Part shown: one piece after another, positions 1 to 12,609 of the stretch
How positions within the stretch are numbered: position 1 is the stretch's first letter
Layout: each line of letters starts with the position of its first letter
DNA from: a virus
Taxonomy: Duplodnaviria; Caudoviricetes
Length of the DNA stretch: 58,320 nt
IMG/VR virus record: IMGVR_UViG_3300033149_003373
Location: 1-58,320 of that record
Strand: one strand, 5' to 3'
The notes under the pieces: generated by a model
Seen by the model: only the letters and a program-made list of their open reading frames with translations
Databases searched by the model: none
What the model was told of the DNA's origin: nothing
Translations under genes and position numbers: made by a program

Positions 1-114
1 TAAGACTATGTTTAATAAGACATAATTTTTATTTGGAAAAAGTTGTTGAAGAACTTCAAGAAATAGAAGCTTAATTTTTTTATTTTCTTATTTTATAATT
101 ATATATTAAAGGCG
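1..114. repeat. Terminal direct repeat, left copy (circular assembly overlap or terminal redundancy)
   Basis: Bases 1-114 are identical to 58207-58320; the 3' end of ORF 57993..58280 is repeated at the window start. Confidence 0.97.
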
Positions 115-119
115 ATTTA

Positions 120-2488
120 ATGACAGAAAGAGATAAATTACTTAAAAAATATAATAAGATATGTGATAAATTAGAGCAATTAAATGAAGAAGCCTTTAAT
201 TTAGAAAAAGCAATAGCAAGATGTGATTAAATGGAAGAATCTAAATTAGATAGAAAATTAAACGATGAATTATGTAGATGTCTTGAATGTGGTGAATTTT
301 TTTACCAAGAAAGAGATTTAGAAATTTGTGATAATTGTATAGATAAATTTGACACGGATAAACTCTTTAAATTACATGATAAAAACGAATTAGATGCTTT
401 AGATTTTAATGAATCTAAATCATTTAGAGAAAGATTCAGGTTGTGATTAAATGAAATGTAGAGAATGTAATAAAGAACTATCTACTTATGATTATGGTTA
501 TTATTGTTCTAATGTGAAATGTAAAAACTATGATATAAATTTTGAAGCTGTTGAGTGTGATTAAATGAAAATAACTTTAGAAGAAATGGAAGAACAACTT
601 ATTGATTTATGTGAAGATAATGAAATAATGATAAAAGCTATTAAACGATATTTTATGGCAATTAATGACAAAGAAACAGAAACTATTGAGCTTGATATGA
701 ATTATTTAATTAAAGGTGAGTAAATGACAACAATAAAGATATTCAGTAAAGAAACTAATAAATGGCTTGATAGTAGAGAAATTGAGAAATTACTTGAAAG
801 TAGTTTATTGGATTATGAATTTGAAGTAAGAATAGGTGATTAGATGAAAATATTAAATGTAATAGCAAATGATAACCATACAGAAATAGAAGTAGAATTT
901 ATAAAAAATGGAAAAAAAGCTATGTTTAGCTATGATTTAGTTAATTCAGAAATAATGGAATGTAGCTATGATGAAGATGATAAAGACGATATATATGAAG
1001 AAATACATAATTGGAGAGATAAACATATAAATTTTGAAACTTCTATTAAATTTGATGGTAAAGAATTATAGGTGATATATATGGAAAGTATTGAAACAAA
1101 ATTAAAGATAGAATTTGAAACCACTATAATGGACACATTTTCTAGTGAGTTCAAATTAAATGAAAAACATAAAGAAATAGCTATTGAACAGCACATTCAA
1201 GATTGGTGTGAAGAACATGGAATAGATAGGAATGATGTTGAAATAATAGGTGATTAAATGATATGTCCAAAATGTAAATCAGAATTTGACTTTGAAGTAA
1301 TTGGTAAAAGAAAATATTGTCCAAGCTGTAATTTACAAATTAGAAACTAATAAAAAGGTGATGAAATGGAAGAATTACAGCAATTTATTAAAAATATGTG
1401 ATAAAGTGAAATGTAAAATATGTAATAAGAAAGCTATTTGTTTTAGACTTATTTATTTAGATGGAAAAGAAACTATTATTCATTTATGTAAAAAGTGTAA
1501 GAGTTTAGATGATAATGAAGTGATTAAATGAGACTAATTAAAAAGCTATGTTTAAGTATGTTTTGGAGTTTTCTTTTTGTCTTAACTATATTTCTTGTAT
1601 ATTCATTAATTGTATGGATTAATCCACTTACACTTTTAACATTAAGAAATTTCATTTTGTTAAGAGTTTATACTTTATTTTGGATATTTTTTGTTATATT
1701 TTTCTATATGGGGTATGATTAAATGACTAAATTTTGTAAAGATTGTAAATATGCAAAAAAGCCATTATTGGATAAAATATTCTTTTCTGGTAATGAATTT
1801 CTTAAATGTAAACACGAAAAAGCAATTAGACCTAATAATACAGAAAGTGATGATTATAGTTTTTTAGTCGATGGTAAAAGAAATAAGAAGAAAGAATACT
1901 ATTATTGTAGCAGTCAAAGAATGTTTGGTTGTGGAAAAGAAGGTAAGTATTTTGAAAAGAAGTGATTAAATGAAAATAGAAGATTTTGAATTAATGATAA
2001 ATAAAGCAAAAGCTAATACACTAAGTAAAATTAGTGGAGAAAGAGAATTAACTGATAAAGAATTAAAGCAAATGAAAGAGTATATATCTCAAATGACAGG
2101 TGAGTAAATGGATTGGGAAAAAATACAAGAAAAACAACAAATGTTAATAGAAGAATTGTTTAAAGACGCTACTTTAAAAGAAGTTGAAAAGTTAAATAAA
2201 ATATTAGAATATGAAAGAGAATTAACATTATTAGAGGGGTAAAATATGAATTTAGAAGAATATACAGAACTAATTAAGGAAATTAAATCTAAAGTTAAAT
2301 CCAATCCTTTAACTATCTGTATTCTTGATAATATGTCAAAAGATAGAAGAATGCAAGAAATAAATGAATCAAAGAATATGCCATCTAAAAAACAAATAGA
2401 TTTTATAGAAGCTTTAGGCATAAAAACTAAAGAAGAAGCAAGTAAATTAATTGGAGAGAAATTAAAAGAGAATGGTAAAAATGGCTAA
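120..2488 (+). other. Tightly packed cluster of small hypothetical early genes (several CxxC Zn-ribbon peptides, acidic peptides, one 2-TM protein at 1528..1722)
   Basis: Abutting short ORFs (e.g. 231..446, 844..1071, 1723..1965, 2246..2488), most preceded by (G)GTGATTAAATG junctions. Confidence 0.7.
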
Positions 2489-2840
2489 AAGAAATAAAAA
2501 CCCTAAAATAACTACATTTGATTTTCCTAAAGATAAATGGAAAATGGATATTGGTTGTGTTTTAGCTCTTAAAACTAAATTAAATACAAATATTAGAGGA
2601 GGATTAGAATTTCAAGAAGAAATAGATGGAGAAAACTTAAAAATAATATTAAATAAGCATGTAAAAGGAGAAAAAGTGTTTATTGGAACTGATTATTTGA
2701 GTTATTTAGTTAAATTCCTAAAGAAAAATAAGATTGAAAGTATAAGTATGAGTGTAATTAGAGATTATCCAATCATGTTTACAGGAAATAAAGAAGGTAA
2801 AGAATTTAAAATGATTGTATCTCCAAGATATGAGGAATAA
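2481..2840 (+). CDS. PCNA-like sliding-clamp fragment (about one domain)
   Basis: C-terminus DYLSYLVK...SISMSVIRDYPIMF...FKMIVSPRYEE resembles the archaeal PCNA end (EYL..I.K...D.PL.L...F.LAPRIEE); only about 120 aa. Confidence 0.55.
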   Translation: MAKRNKNPKITTFDFPKDKWKMDIGCVLALKTKLNTNIRGGLEFQEEIDGENLKIILNKHVKGEKVFIGTDYLSYLVKFLKKNKIESISMSVIRDYPIMFTGNKEGKEFKMIVSPRYEE

Positions 2841-2851
2841 AAGGTGATTAA

Positions 2852-4880
2852 ATGTTTGAGAATTTGAAAAAAGAAGCAAGAAAAGAATTAAACCCAATAA
2901 ATGAGAAATTAGACCAGATAATAAAGCAGAATGAAGAAATATTAAAGAAGTTTAAAGGAAAATATACAGAAAATGAATTAATTGAATTAAGACAGAAAGT
3001 ATTGAAAAAATTAAAAGATAATTTAATAGAAGGAAAATACTTTGGTCAAAAATATACAGAAAAACAAACAGATGAAATAATACATAAGCCAAGCTGGGTT
3101 ATACTAAATAAAGTAATAGAAATAACAGCAGAAATAAAGCAGTTAAGATGATTAAATGCATGAAGTAGATAAACATGGGAGTATCATATTCTATTGTGAT
3201 AAATGCACAACAAAAATAGAAAGATTTCACCCATGTCAGCTTAACGTTCCAATTAAAGAAACAAAAAGAGTAGTATGGACTTATGATTTATGTGATGAAT
3301 GTGCTACTAAATTAGAAAAAATAATTAAAGGTGAATAAATTATTATAAAAAACATAAAAGATAAGTGATTAAATGAAACAAATACAAAATAAAGTCCTTT
3401 TTATTTTACATAGTATTGTATTAATTTTATTAATTTTTGCTTTATTTTTATCTGTTAAAATGTATTATTTAGCAATTAAGCTAAATTATAATTTAATTTA
3501 TGATATTATTATAATATTTTTAATTATTTGTAGCTTTATTATTAGTTTCTTGTGGTTTATATTTAATTTTAAAAGGAGAATAAGATAAAATGAAGATTAA
3601 GAAAGAGAATATCTTGTATTTAATCATTGGAATTTTTCTTTTTATTCAATTTATTTTATTTTTTAATTGGATAGGATGTTTTAATGGGGTTGTGGAATAT
3701 TTGGGTTTAGGAACTTTTTTGGTATCAATTTTATCATCTACAATAGGATTTTTTATAGGAGTTTATATAATTGGTGAAACAATAAGTGATATATATGATA
3801 TTAGATTTTTTAAGACCAAAACTAGATAAATCATATGTTATAGAAATTGTATTTAACGATGGAAGAAAAATTGAATATGGTTTTTATGATGAAAAAACAG
3901 CAAAATCAGTAATAAAAGAAATACTCTCTCAAATGAAGAAAAAAACTGTATGTATTAAAAAAGATTATCAATCATTCCATTTTTTGTATTTTAAAACAAA
4001 AGATATACGAAGTATTAGAACTAGACTATATTTTTGGTGATTATATGAATTGTAGAAGATGTGGCTCTGATACGGAGTTAAAGAAATATCATAAGACAAA
4101 GAAATCAATATGGGAAAAGAGACAAATAATAACATTAGGTGGTAGTGGAAAACCACAAACAAAAGTAATTAATATAAAAAGAAAAATAAAATCTGCTATT
4201 CCTAAGTTTAGATATGTATGTAAAGATTGTAAGAGAAGGAGAAGATGGCGATAAAATGGATAAATACCAGAAGAAAGCTAATGAAATAATAGAATTAGTA
4301 GAAGATACAATAATGGCTTCTAATCCAAGACTACATAAAATGAAATTTAAGGGAGATACACTTTTATACGGAGAGCCATATTATGATTTAGAAGATGAAA
4401 TTGCAGAGATGTTAAAGAAAGAAGAAATGTGTAAAATGATATGGACTAAAGAATATGGAAGTATTAGATTGTTAAAATGTATAACACATGACCAAATAAT
4501 AACTGATGAGAATGGGACTATGTTTGATAATAGATGTGTTAAGAAGTTGATTGAATGATATGCCAGATATGTGAAGAAAATACATCAGTATTAACCAGAC
4601 AAATAGAAGTAGATGTAGTAGGAAACATATATACTATACATTTATGTGAAGATTGCGACCATTTAACTAATAATGAAATACTAGGAGGAATAATAAATAA
4701 AGAAGGTATATTGCATGATTATTTCTAAAGCAAAAGAGAAAAGAGATATTACTCTATGCAGATGTGATAGACTATTTACAAAACCTATTTTTGGGAAGAA
4801 AACTAGAGATAAAATAACCAGAATTGAAGCTTTTTGCTCTAAACATTGTAGAAAAAGATATGGATATAAACCAATTTAAG
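2852..4880 (+). other. Cluster of small hypothetical genes (coiled-coil 2852..3151, Zn-finger 3156..3338 and 4045..4254, membrane proteins 3373..3588 and 3590..3829)
   Basis: Contiguous ORFs with SD or stop-start overlaps; CxxC pairs; hydrophobic stretches. Confidence 0.65.
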
Positions 4881-4888
4881 TGATAAAA

Positions 4889-5461
4889 ATGTTAGAAAAA
4901 TTGACAAAAAAACAAGAGAAAATAATGGAACAAACAAGGAATGAATGGCTTAAAATGTTGTTCTCTGGAAAAACAAAATTTAATGAAACAGAAGCTAAAA
5001 AAGGAATTAAATGGCTATATGAATTTTCAAATCTTAAATCTCCAAAAATAGTAATAGTAGATTCACCATTTTCAGCACAGAAAAAAGCTAATGAATTAAA
5101 TAAAACAAAGAAAAAACATTACGAATTCAGCGTATATGGAAATATAGGAGATTATGGATGGGTTAGTTTCTATGACTTTTTCACAAAAATAGGCATACTA
5201 AAAGACAATAATTTTGAGAAATTTAAGAAACTATTAAAATCAGGAATATATGACATGATACAGTTTGATGAAGTATGTATAGTATGCAAACTTCCATCTA
5301 AAATAAGATACATAAAAGAAAATGGAAAATATGTAGTTCATTCATATAAAAAACATGCAATAGAATGGGAAGATGGATTCTTTCTAAATGGACTAAAAGG
5401 GGAATTATCAACAGAAAACTTAAAAGATTTCATAAATCGTAAAGTTGTTGATAATTTATGA
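4889..5461 (+). CDS. DUF6745-like protein lacking the usual internal tetrapeptide-repeat segment
   Basis: Motifs LTKKQE...EW, GIKWLY...PKIVIVDSP, GWVSFYDFF, EVCIVCKLP, HAIEWEDGF match my recollection of this family. Confidence 0.6.
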   Translation: MLEKLTKKQEKIMEQTRNEWLKMLFSGKTKFNETEAKKGIKWLYEFSNLKSPKIVIVDSPFSAQKKANELNKTKKKHYEFSVYGNIGDYGWVSFYDFFTKIGILKDNNFEKFKKLLKSGIYDMIQFDEVCIVCKLPSKIRYIKENGKYVVHSYKKHAIEWEDGFFLNGLKGELSTENLKDFINRKVVDNL

Positions 5462-5659
5462 AGCAAGTTAATGGAAAAATAGATACTAAAGTCTTTGACA
5501 AAATCTTTAAAAAAGTCAATCATCAAGCTATTTTTGAAGTCAATGCTATATGCTATAATAGATTCTAACATCCATTCTAAAGTATGGTTTAAACTAAAGT
5601 CTCAAGTAAATCATAACATTTATAGAAAAGTAAAAGAAATAGTTAGAGGATGGGTATGA
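5458..5659 (+). pseudogene. MKQV-family small protein frameshifted by a 7-bp tandem duplication
   Basis: TGCTATA at 5544-5550 and 5551-5557; removing one copy gives a 64-aa ORF with ATGA overlaps at both ends. Confidence 0.7.
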
Positions 5660-5832
5660 AACAAGTCTTTAGTGAAATAAATATCCAAATTTCTTCTAAA
5701 ATTAGAGCTGAACTATTTACTAAAATAGATTTAATTACAATTTATGATGTCAGATTACAAATCTGGAAGGTAATTAATTATAAAACATATAATAAATTAT
5801 CGAGAGAAGTAAGAAGAAATATAAGAAGGTGA
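5656..5832 (+). CDS. MKQV-family degenerate tetrad-repeat small protein
   Basis: Starts MKQV; hydrophobic residue roughly every 4th position. Confidence 0.65.
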   Translation: MKQVFSEINIQISSKIRAELFTKIDLITIYDVRLQIWKVINYKTYNKLSREVRRNIRR

Positions 5833-6938
5833 TAAATATAACTATACAAATTAATCATAAGCAGTTAGAAAATCTAATTGTAACATATTATCAGAAAAAT
5901 ATGCCACTTTTTGTTCATGGAACATTTGGTATTGGTAAATCACAATCTTTTTTAGAATCATCTAAAAGATTAGCTAAAGAACTTAATTTAGAGTTTTCAG
6001 ACAATATAAAAGATATAAATGACGAATCTAAATTTATTTTGATTGATATAAGATGCTCGGAGATGGACAGTGTTGATATTAGAGGATTGCCACACTTTGA
6101 AGGAGAAGGTAATGGTAAAAAAACTAAATGGTTTACTCCAAATTGGCTTCCAATAAAAGGACAAGGTATTATATTCTTAGATGAGTTTAATTTAGCCCCA
6201 CCATTAGTTCAAAAATCAATGTATGAATTAATATATGATAAAAGATTAATCGGTGGTCAATATATGCTTCCAAAAGGATATTCTATTTTCTGTGCTGGAA
6301 ATTTAGACTCGGATAAATCAGACATCTTTAACATGGCTTATCCATTACTAAACAGGTTAGCTCATGTAGAATTGTCAATACCATCAATAGAAGAATTCAC
6401 ATCATGGTCTATTGAAAATGAATTAGACTCCAGATTAATAGCATTTCTACAAGACAGACCATCATTATTACATAGATTTGAAACTAACTTAAAAGATAAA
6501 GCCATGCCTACTCCAAGAACATACGAGTTTTGTTCAAATCTGATTAAAGGTGTAAAAGATATAGATGAAATAAGGTTAATGGCTTCTTCTGTTATAGGTG
6601 AAGGAACAGCAACAGAACTTCATGGATTTCTAAAATTACAGAGAAATGTAGATATAAAAGAAATAATAGCAAATCCAGAATCAATAAATGATATAACAGA
6701 AATAGATTTGAAATATGCAGTAGTTTCACGCTTGTCAGATGAATTTAGGAAAGAAAAGAAGATATTTGAGCCACTAATGAAAGTATGCAAATATATGCAA
6801 CCAGAATTTTCAGTATTATTACTAAAGTTCATGGTTAAACAATGTGGAAAATCTGATTTTCTAAAAAGAATGAAGAAATCTAAAGCATGGAATGAAATAA
6901 GTGCAAAATATACAAACTTGGTATATCCAGAAGGATAA
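5829..6938 (+). CDS. MoxR-like AAA+ ATPase (AAA_5 type)
   Basis: Walker A GTFGIGKS, DIRGLP, Walker B IIFLDEFN, sensor AGN, arginine finger LLNRL, PTPRTYE. Confidence 0.9.
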   Translation: MINITIQINHKQLENLIVTYYQKNMPLFVHGTFGIGKSQSFLESSKRLAKELNLEFSDNIKDINDESKFILIDIRCSEMDSVDIRGLPHFEGEGNGKKTKWFTPNWLPIKGQGIIFLDEFNLAPPLVQKSMYELIYDKRLIGGQYMLPKGYSIFCAGNLDSDKSDIFNMAYPLLNRLAHVELSIPSIEEFTSWSIENELDSRLIAFLQDRPSLLHRFETNLKDKAMPTPRTYEFCSNLIKGVKDIDEIRLMASSVIGEGTATELHGFLKLQRNVDIKEIIANPESINDITEIDLKYAVVSRLSDEFRKEKKIFEPLMKVCKYMQPEFSVLLLKFMVKQCGKSDFLKRMKKSKAWNEISAKYTNLVYPEG

Positions 6939-6940
6939 AT

Positions 6941-8683
<1,743 letters not shown>

Positions 8684-8687
<4 letters not shown>

Positions 8688-9578
8688 TTTCTATGTATGC
8701 TGTTGGTGAGTGTGTTTGTAATGATGGAAAAACAAAAATACTAATGCTAGAATCAAAAATTGGAAAATGTAAAGGTTGTGATGAAGAAAAAATAGTTTTC
8801 AGAGGAATTGATTATAAAAAAACTAAACGTTTTTGTGTATGGTTTTGTAAAAAATGTAGAAAAGATATGTATAAAAATTTTAAAACCTTCAAGACTAAAA
8901 AAGAAGCAGAGGGTTATATATTTGTTGAAAGTTTATAATTATGTATTCAATTCTAAATTGTTATGGTTATTATCATATAGAAAAACACGATATTGGTATT
9001 TGTGGTTTTTGCTTTAAGAAAAAGAAAGTATGGAAAAGTATGTATTATACAACAGATGGAAAGAAATATTTTAAAAATGGAACTTATGCATGTAAAAAAT
9101 GTATAGATGCTAGAGAATGGGAAAGATTAGGAAAAGTTAAAACAATAAAAGAAGCAAAAGAAGTTATAAAAAGAGCATTATTTGTTGATTCATTATGAAA
9201 CCTATATTTGAGAAAACATTTGATAAATTAGCAGTAACGAAAGAAGATAAAACAGAAGAAAGAAAGGAAATAGAGTTTGGGTTGGGGTTAGTAGATAAAT
9301 TTAAAGATTCAAATTTTCCTACAAAAGCACATCTTAAACCATCTATGATATACTCTAAAAAATGGATATTTAAAAACGATTTTGGGATATCAGTTGTAAG
9401 AGGATTCGGCACTTATGGTTCTGAAAAGAAACTATTTGAAATAGCAGTATTATATAAAGGAGAGTTACATTTTAACAATCCAATAGCTAATGGAGATGTA
9501 AAAGGATATTTAACAGAAAAAGATGTGTTGAAAATAGGAAAAAAGATAGCAAACTTATCAATATTAGATTTTTTATGA
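8684..9578 (+). other. Three small hypothetical genes (two Cys-rich Zn-binding: 8684..8938, 8941..9198; plus 9195..9578)
   Basis: CxxC pairs; C-termini FVESL, FVDSL, ILDFL. Confidence 0.7.
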
Positions 9579-9588
9579 GTTGATATAT

Positions 9589-9804
9589 ATGAAACAAGTA
9601 AATTCTCAAGTCAGTTCTCAAGTCGGGTCTCAAGTCTGGTCTCAAGTCAGGTCTCAAGTCAGGTCTCAAGTCAGGTCTCAAGTAGATTCTAAAATCGTGA
9701 ATAGTATAGATTATAAAGTCTATAATAATATCTGGGTTAATCTATTGCATCAAGTCAAGCATCAAATATTAAGACAATTAAAAATAATACTTGAGATGAA
9801 ATAA
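9589..9804 (+). CDS. Second SQVx-repeat protein (7 units at 9604-9687, then a degenerate tail)
   Basis: MKQVN(SQVx)7SKIV...; same 12-bp unit as 7147-7470. Confidence 0.8.
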   Translation: MKQVNSQVSSQVGSQVWSQVRSQVRSQVRSQVDSKIVNSIDYKVYNNIWVNLLHQVKHQILRQLKIILEMK

Positions 9805-9828
9805 AAGAAGTTAAAGATGTGTGAATAA

Positions 9829-10107
9829 ATGGATATTCCAGACAGATTTAAAATAACTAAAGATGATATAATTATAGTGAGTATAGGAGATGAAAATCAC
9901 CCTCCAACAGATGACCAATTAAAACGAGCAATTAGAGATTTTTCAAAGGAATTTAAGAAATCAGGTATAAGATTCAAAGAATTATTCATTCTTCCGTATT
10001 ATATAAAAATATCAGCCATATTTGAAAAGAAGAAATGTAAATGTGGTCAAGAATTTATAGTTCTATCAGAAGATTTCATAAACAAAAATATTGTAGATAA
10101 TTTATAA
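9829..10107 (+). CDS. Hypothetical protein ending DFINKNIVDNL
   Basis: ORF with GTGA SD; C-terminus shared with 4889..5461. Confidence 0.65.
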   Translation: MDIPDRFKITKDDIIIVSIGDENHPPTDDQLKRAIRDFSKEFKKSGIRFKELFILPYYIKISAIFEKKKCKCGQEFIVLSEDFINKNIVDNL

Positions 10108-10117
10108 GCTGATTCTA

Positions 10118-11032
10118 ATGGAATATAAAGAAACAAGTGATATAAATAGCATTAAGGGTAGAGAATCGGCTTGTGATAGTGAACACTCTAAATCTTTATA
10201 TAAAATAAAGAAAATGGTTAATGAAAATATAGAAAAGAAATTTACAAAATTAGAAGATTATTTGAAAGTATTAAGAACATCTAAAAAGATTAACTCCTTA
10301 TTTATTGTAAGTAAAGCAGGATATGGCAAAACGACCTATGTTATATATTTTCTAATGAAAGCAGGTCTAAAACCAAATAAAGATTTTGTATTAATAAATA
10401 CTCACACATCTCCTTTATCATTATATTCAACACTAATGAATAATTCTGAAAAAGTTCTTATTTTTGACGATATGCCTAAACTATTCAGAGATGAAATGTC
10501 TAAAAATCTATTCTTATCAGCTTTATGGTCTCCAACAGATAAAAGAATAGTTAATTGGAATTCTATAATAACTATGAAAAATATGGATTTACCTAAGAAA
10601 TTTATATTTAATGGAAAAGTAATAGCTTTGCTTAATAAGATACCAAAAGATATGGAAGCAATAATGTCAAGATGTATGACTTATGAAATGAATATACCAA
10701 GAAAACAAATAATAGAATTAATACAGGAGATAAGTAAAGTATCAAATATACCAGAAGAAGTAGTTAAATTTATAAAAAATAATACAGACTTATCACATGA
10801 ATTAAGCATAAGAACTTTAATTAAAACATTTGAAATATATAAAACATCAGATAATTGGAAAGAAATAGCATTAGAACAATTAGAATCATCTAATGAAATA
10901 AGAGTAATAATGAAATATATAAATCTGTCTGTAAAAGAACAGATACAAAAGTTTGCAGAAGAAACAGGATTAAAACGTGCTTCTTATTACCTTTACCGAG
11001 CAGAATTAAGAAAACGAGAAAAAGGATTATGA
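10118..11032 (+). CDS. AAA+ ATPase with SRC motif and C-terminal HTH-like segment
   Basis: Walker A SKAGYGKT, Walker B LIFDD, sensor LLN, MSRC, SIRTL; ends FAEETGLKRASYYLY. Confidence 0.8.
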   Translation: MEYKETSDINSIKGRESACDSEHSKSLYKIKKMVNENIEKKFTKLEDYLKVLRTSKKINSLFIVSKAGYGKTTYVIYFLMKAGLKPNKDFVLINTHTSPLSLYSTLMNNSEKVLIFDDMPKLFRDEMSKNLFLSALWSPTDKRIVNWNSIITMKNMDLPKKFIFNGKVIALLNKIPKDMEAIMSRCMTYEMNIPRKQIIELIQEISKVSNIPEEVVKFIKNNTDLSHELSIRTLIKTFEIYKTSDNWKEIALEQLESSNEIRVIMKYINLSVKEQIQKFAEETGLKRASYYLYRAELRKREKGL

Positions 11033-11084
11033 ATGTAAATATTAACTTAACATTTAAATTTATCATTTTCTATAGTAAAACCTC

Positions 11085-11117
11085 TCTTTTATTTAAACTT
11101 TACATTTAAATAAAAGA
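11085..11117. terminator. 13-bp inverted repeat between convergent genes
   Basis: TCTTTTATTTAAA-N7-TTTAAATAAAAGA; function inferred from position only. Confidence 0.4.
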
Positions 11118-11161
11118 AGAAAAGACCTAATAAATATATAATTTAAACTTAAACTTAAGAT

Positions 11162-11437
11162 TTATGTTTTGAAAATACGAGAACCATTCATTCCTCTTTG
11201 ATTTTTAAATTTTATATTATCTACCTCTTTAGACACCTTTCCCATCCATTTTAAGGCAGTTACTCTTGAAATATCATATCTCATTTCTACTTCTCTTGTA
11301 GTAATAATTGTTTTTTTATCATTTATAAAATCATTTTTAAATTGCTCATATTTTTCAGAGAACTTAAACCCCCTATTTAAATTCTTTAATTCTTTTAAAA
11401 TATCTTCAAGAAGGTGTATTATCTTTTCATCACTCAT
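11162..11437 (-). CDS. Winged-helix DNA-binding protein
   Basis: ITTREVEMRYDISRVTALKWM HTH followed by a beta-wing. Confidence 0.7.
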   Translation of the reverse strand: MSDEKIIHLLEDILKELKNLNRGFKFSEKYEQFKNDFINDKKTIITTREVEMRYDISRVTALKWMGKVSKEVDNIKFKNQRGMNGSRIFKT

Positions 11438-11627
11438 CTTTCATCTCCCTCACTAGCTTAATAACATCTATATCCACAAGCAATAATCCATGTTGTTTGC
11501 TGTTTATAACTGCTGTATTGTCTTTTAATTCTTCTAAAATTCCAACACTAAATAAATCTTTTCCATTTTCAATTCTAGAGAAACCAATTTTCTTATTAAC
11601 TAATCTTTCTAATAATTCTTTATTCAT
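11430..11627 (-). CDS. Sm/LSm-fold-like small protein
   Basis: LERLVNKKI...GILEELKDNTAVI...LLVDIDVIKLV pattern; 65 aa. Confidence 0.5.
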   Translation of the reverse strand: MNKELLERLVNKKIGFSRIENGKDLFSVGILEELKDNTAVINSKQHGLLLVDIDVIKLVREMKDE

Positions 11628-11725
11628 TATATCTACCTAAATAATGATATATCTTTTGATGTGATAATATTTAAACTTAATTTAAAGGCAAATTTAAGGC
11701 AATTATATTTTGTATAATACATAAC

Positions 11726-11733
11726 TTTATATA
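11726..11733 (+). promoter_or_regulatory. Archaeal-type TATA box for the rightward unit starting at 11769
   Basis: TTTATATA in the divergent intergenic gap 11628-11768. Confidence 0.55.
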
Positions 11734-11768
11734 TAGTTAAGTATAATAAATATATATAAGGCGAATAT

Positions 11769-12161
11769 ATGAATTATCAACAAGCTGTAAAGATGTTAAG
11801 AGATGCAGGATTAATAAACATAAACAAACCAGCATATTCTTTAAGGAATTTTAATAAAGTAGCTTTTCATGGAAGATTTAACGAAACACCAAGAACATTT
11901 CTTATAAAAGCTATGGTATGTAAGGAAATACATGACAGAGGAGACCATTTTATTTCTGAATTTGAATTAAGAAACAGAAAAATAGATGTGTTTCGTATTA
12001 TGAATGGAGATTTTGCAAAATATGAAGTAGCTACAAATCCTATTAAAGAACTGTCTAAAAAAGAAGCATTAATTCCTGGAATGGAATTTACAATAGATTT
12101 GAATAAACTACCTTCAACAAAGAAATTAGAAAAAGCAGTTAAGAAGATGATATTATGTTAA
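11769..12161 (+). CDS. PD-(D/E)xK-like nuclease-fold protein
   Basis: FISEFEL..RKIDVF...KYEVAT pattern. Confidence 0.45.
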   Translation: MNYQQAVKMLRDAGLININKPAYSLRNFNKVAFHGRFNETPRTFLIKAMVCKEIHDRGDHFISEFELRNRKIDVFRIMNGDFAKYEVATNPIKELSKKEALIPGMEFTIDLNKLPSTKKLEKAVKKMILC

Positions 12162-12348
12162 AATGTAAAGAATGTGATAAAAAAGCAGAGTATATATTTG
12201 ATGGATATTCTTACTGCAAAAAATGTCATGATAAATTGAAAAAGGGTTGGAATAGAATAGCAGATGAAAATATAAAAGAATTAATTAAAGAAAAAAATAA
12301 GAGATGATATTATGAGAAAAAGAATAGAAATAGAGGTGTGGTGATTAA

Positions 12349-12609
12349 ATGACTGAATTAAAAACAATGAAGGATTTTAAAGAAGGATTTGACGAATTAG
12401 ACAGATTACAAACAACAAACAAGGCACATGCTGATTATTTGTTCAGAGAAATCAGACAAGAAGCTATCAAACAAATAAAAGATTTATTTGAAAAAAATAA
12501 AACAGCAAAAACAATGCAAGATAGACAAGAAGCAATATGGAATGAAGCAGTAATAAGATGGATTAAACACTTTTTTAACATAAAAGATGAAGAGGTTTCT
12601 AATGACTGA
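12349..12609 (+). CDS. ELKT.KD...FFNI family hypothetical protein, copy 1
   Basis: Shares start, middle (QEAIK) and end (HFFNI.DEE) with the next gene. Confidence 0.75.
   Translation: MTELKTMKDFKEGFDELDRLQTTNKAHADYLFREIRQEAIKQIKDLFEKNKTAKTMQDRQEAIWNEAVIRWIKHFFNIKDEEVSND

Noticed and set aside
1-114. Biological terminal repeat or att site
   Set aside because: It starts mid-gene and is most simply an assembly overlap of a circular contig; no integrase found.
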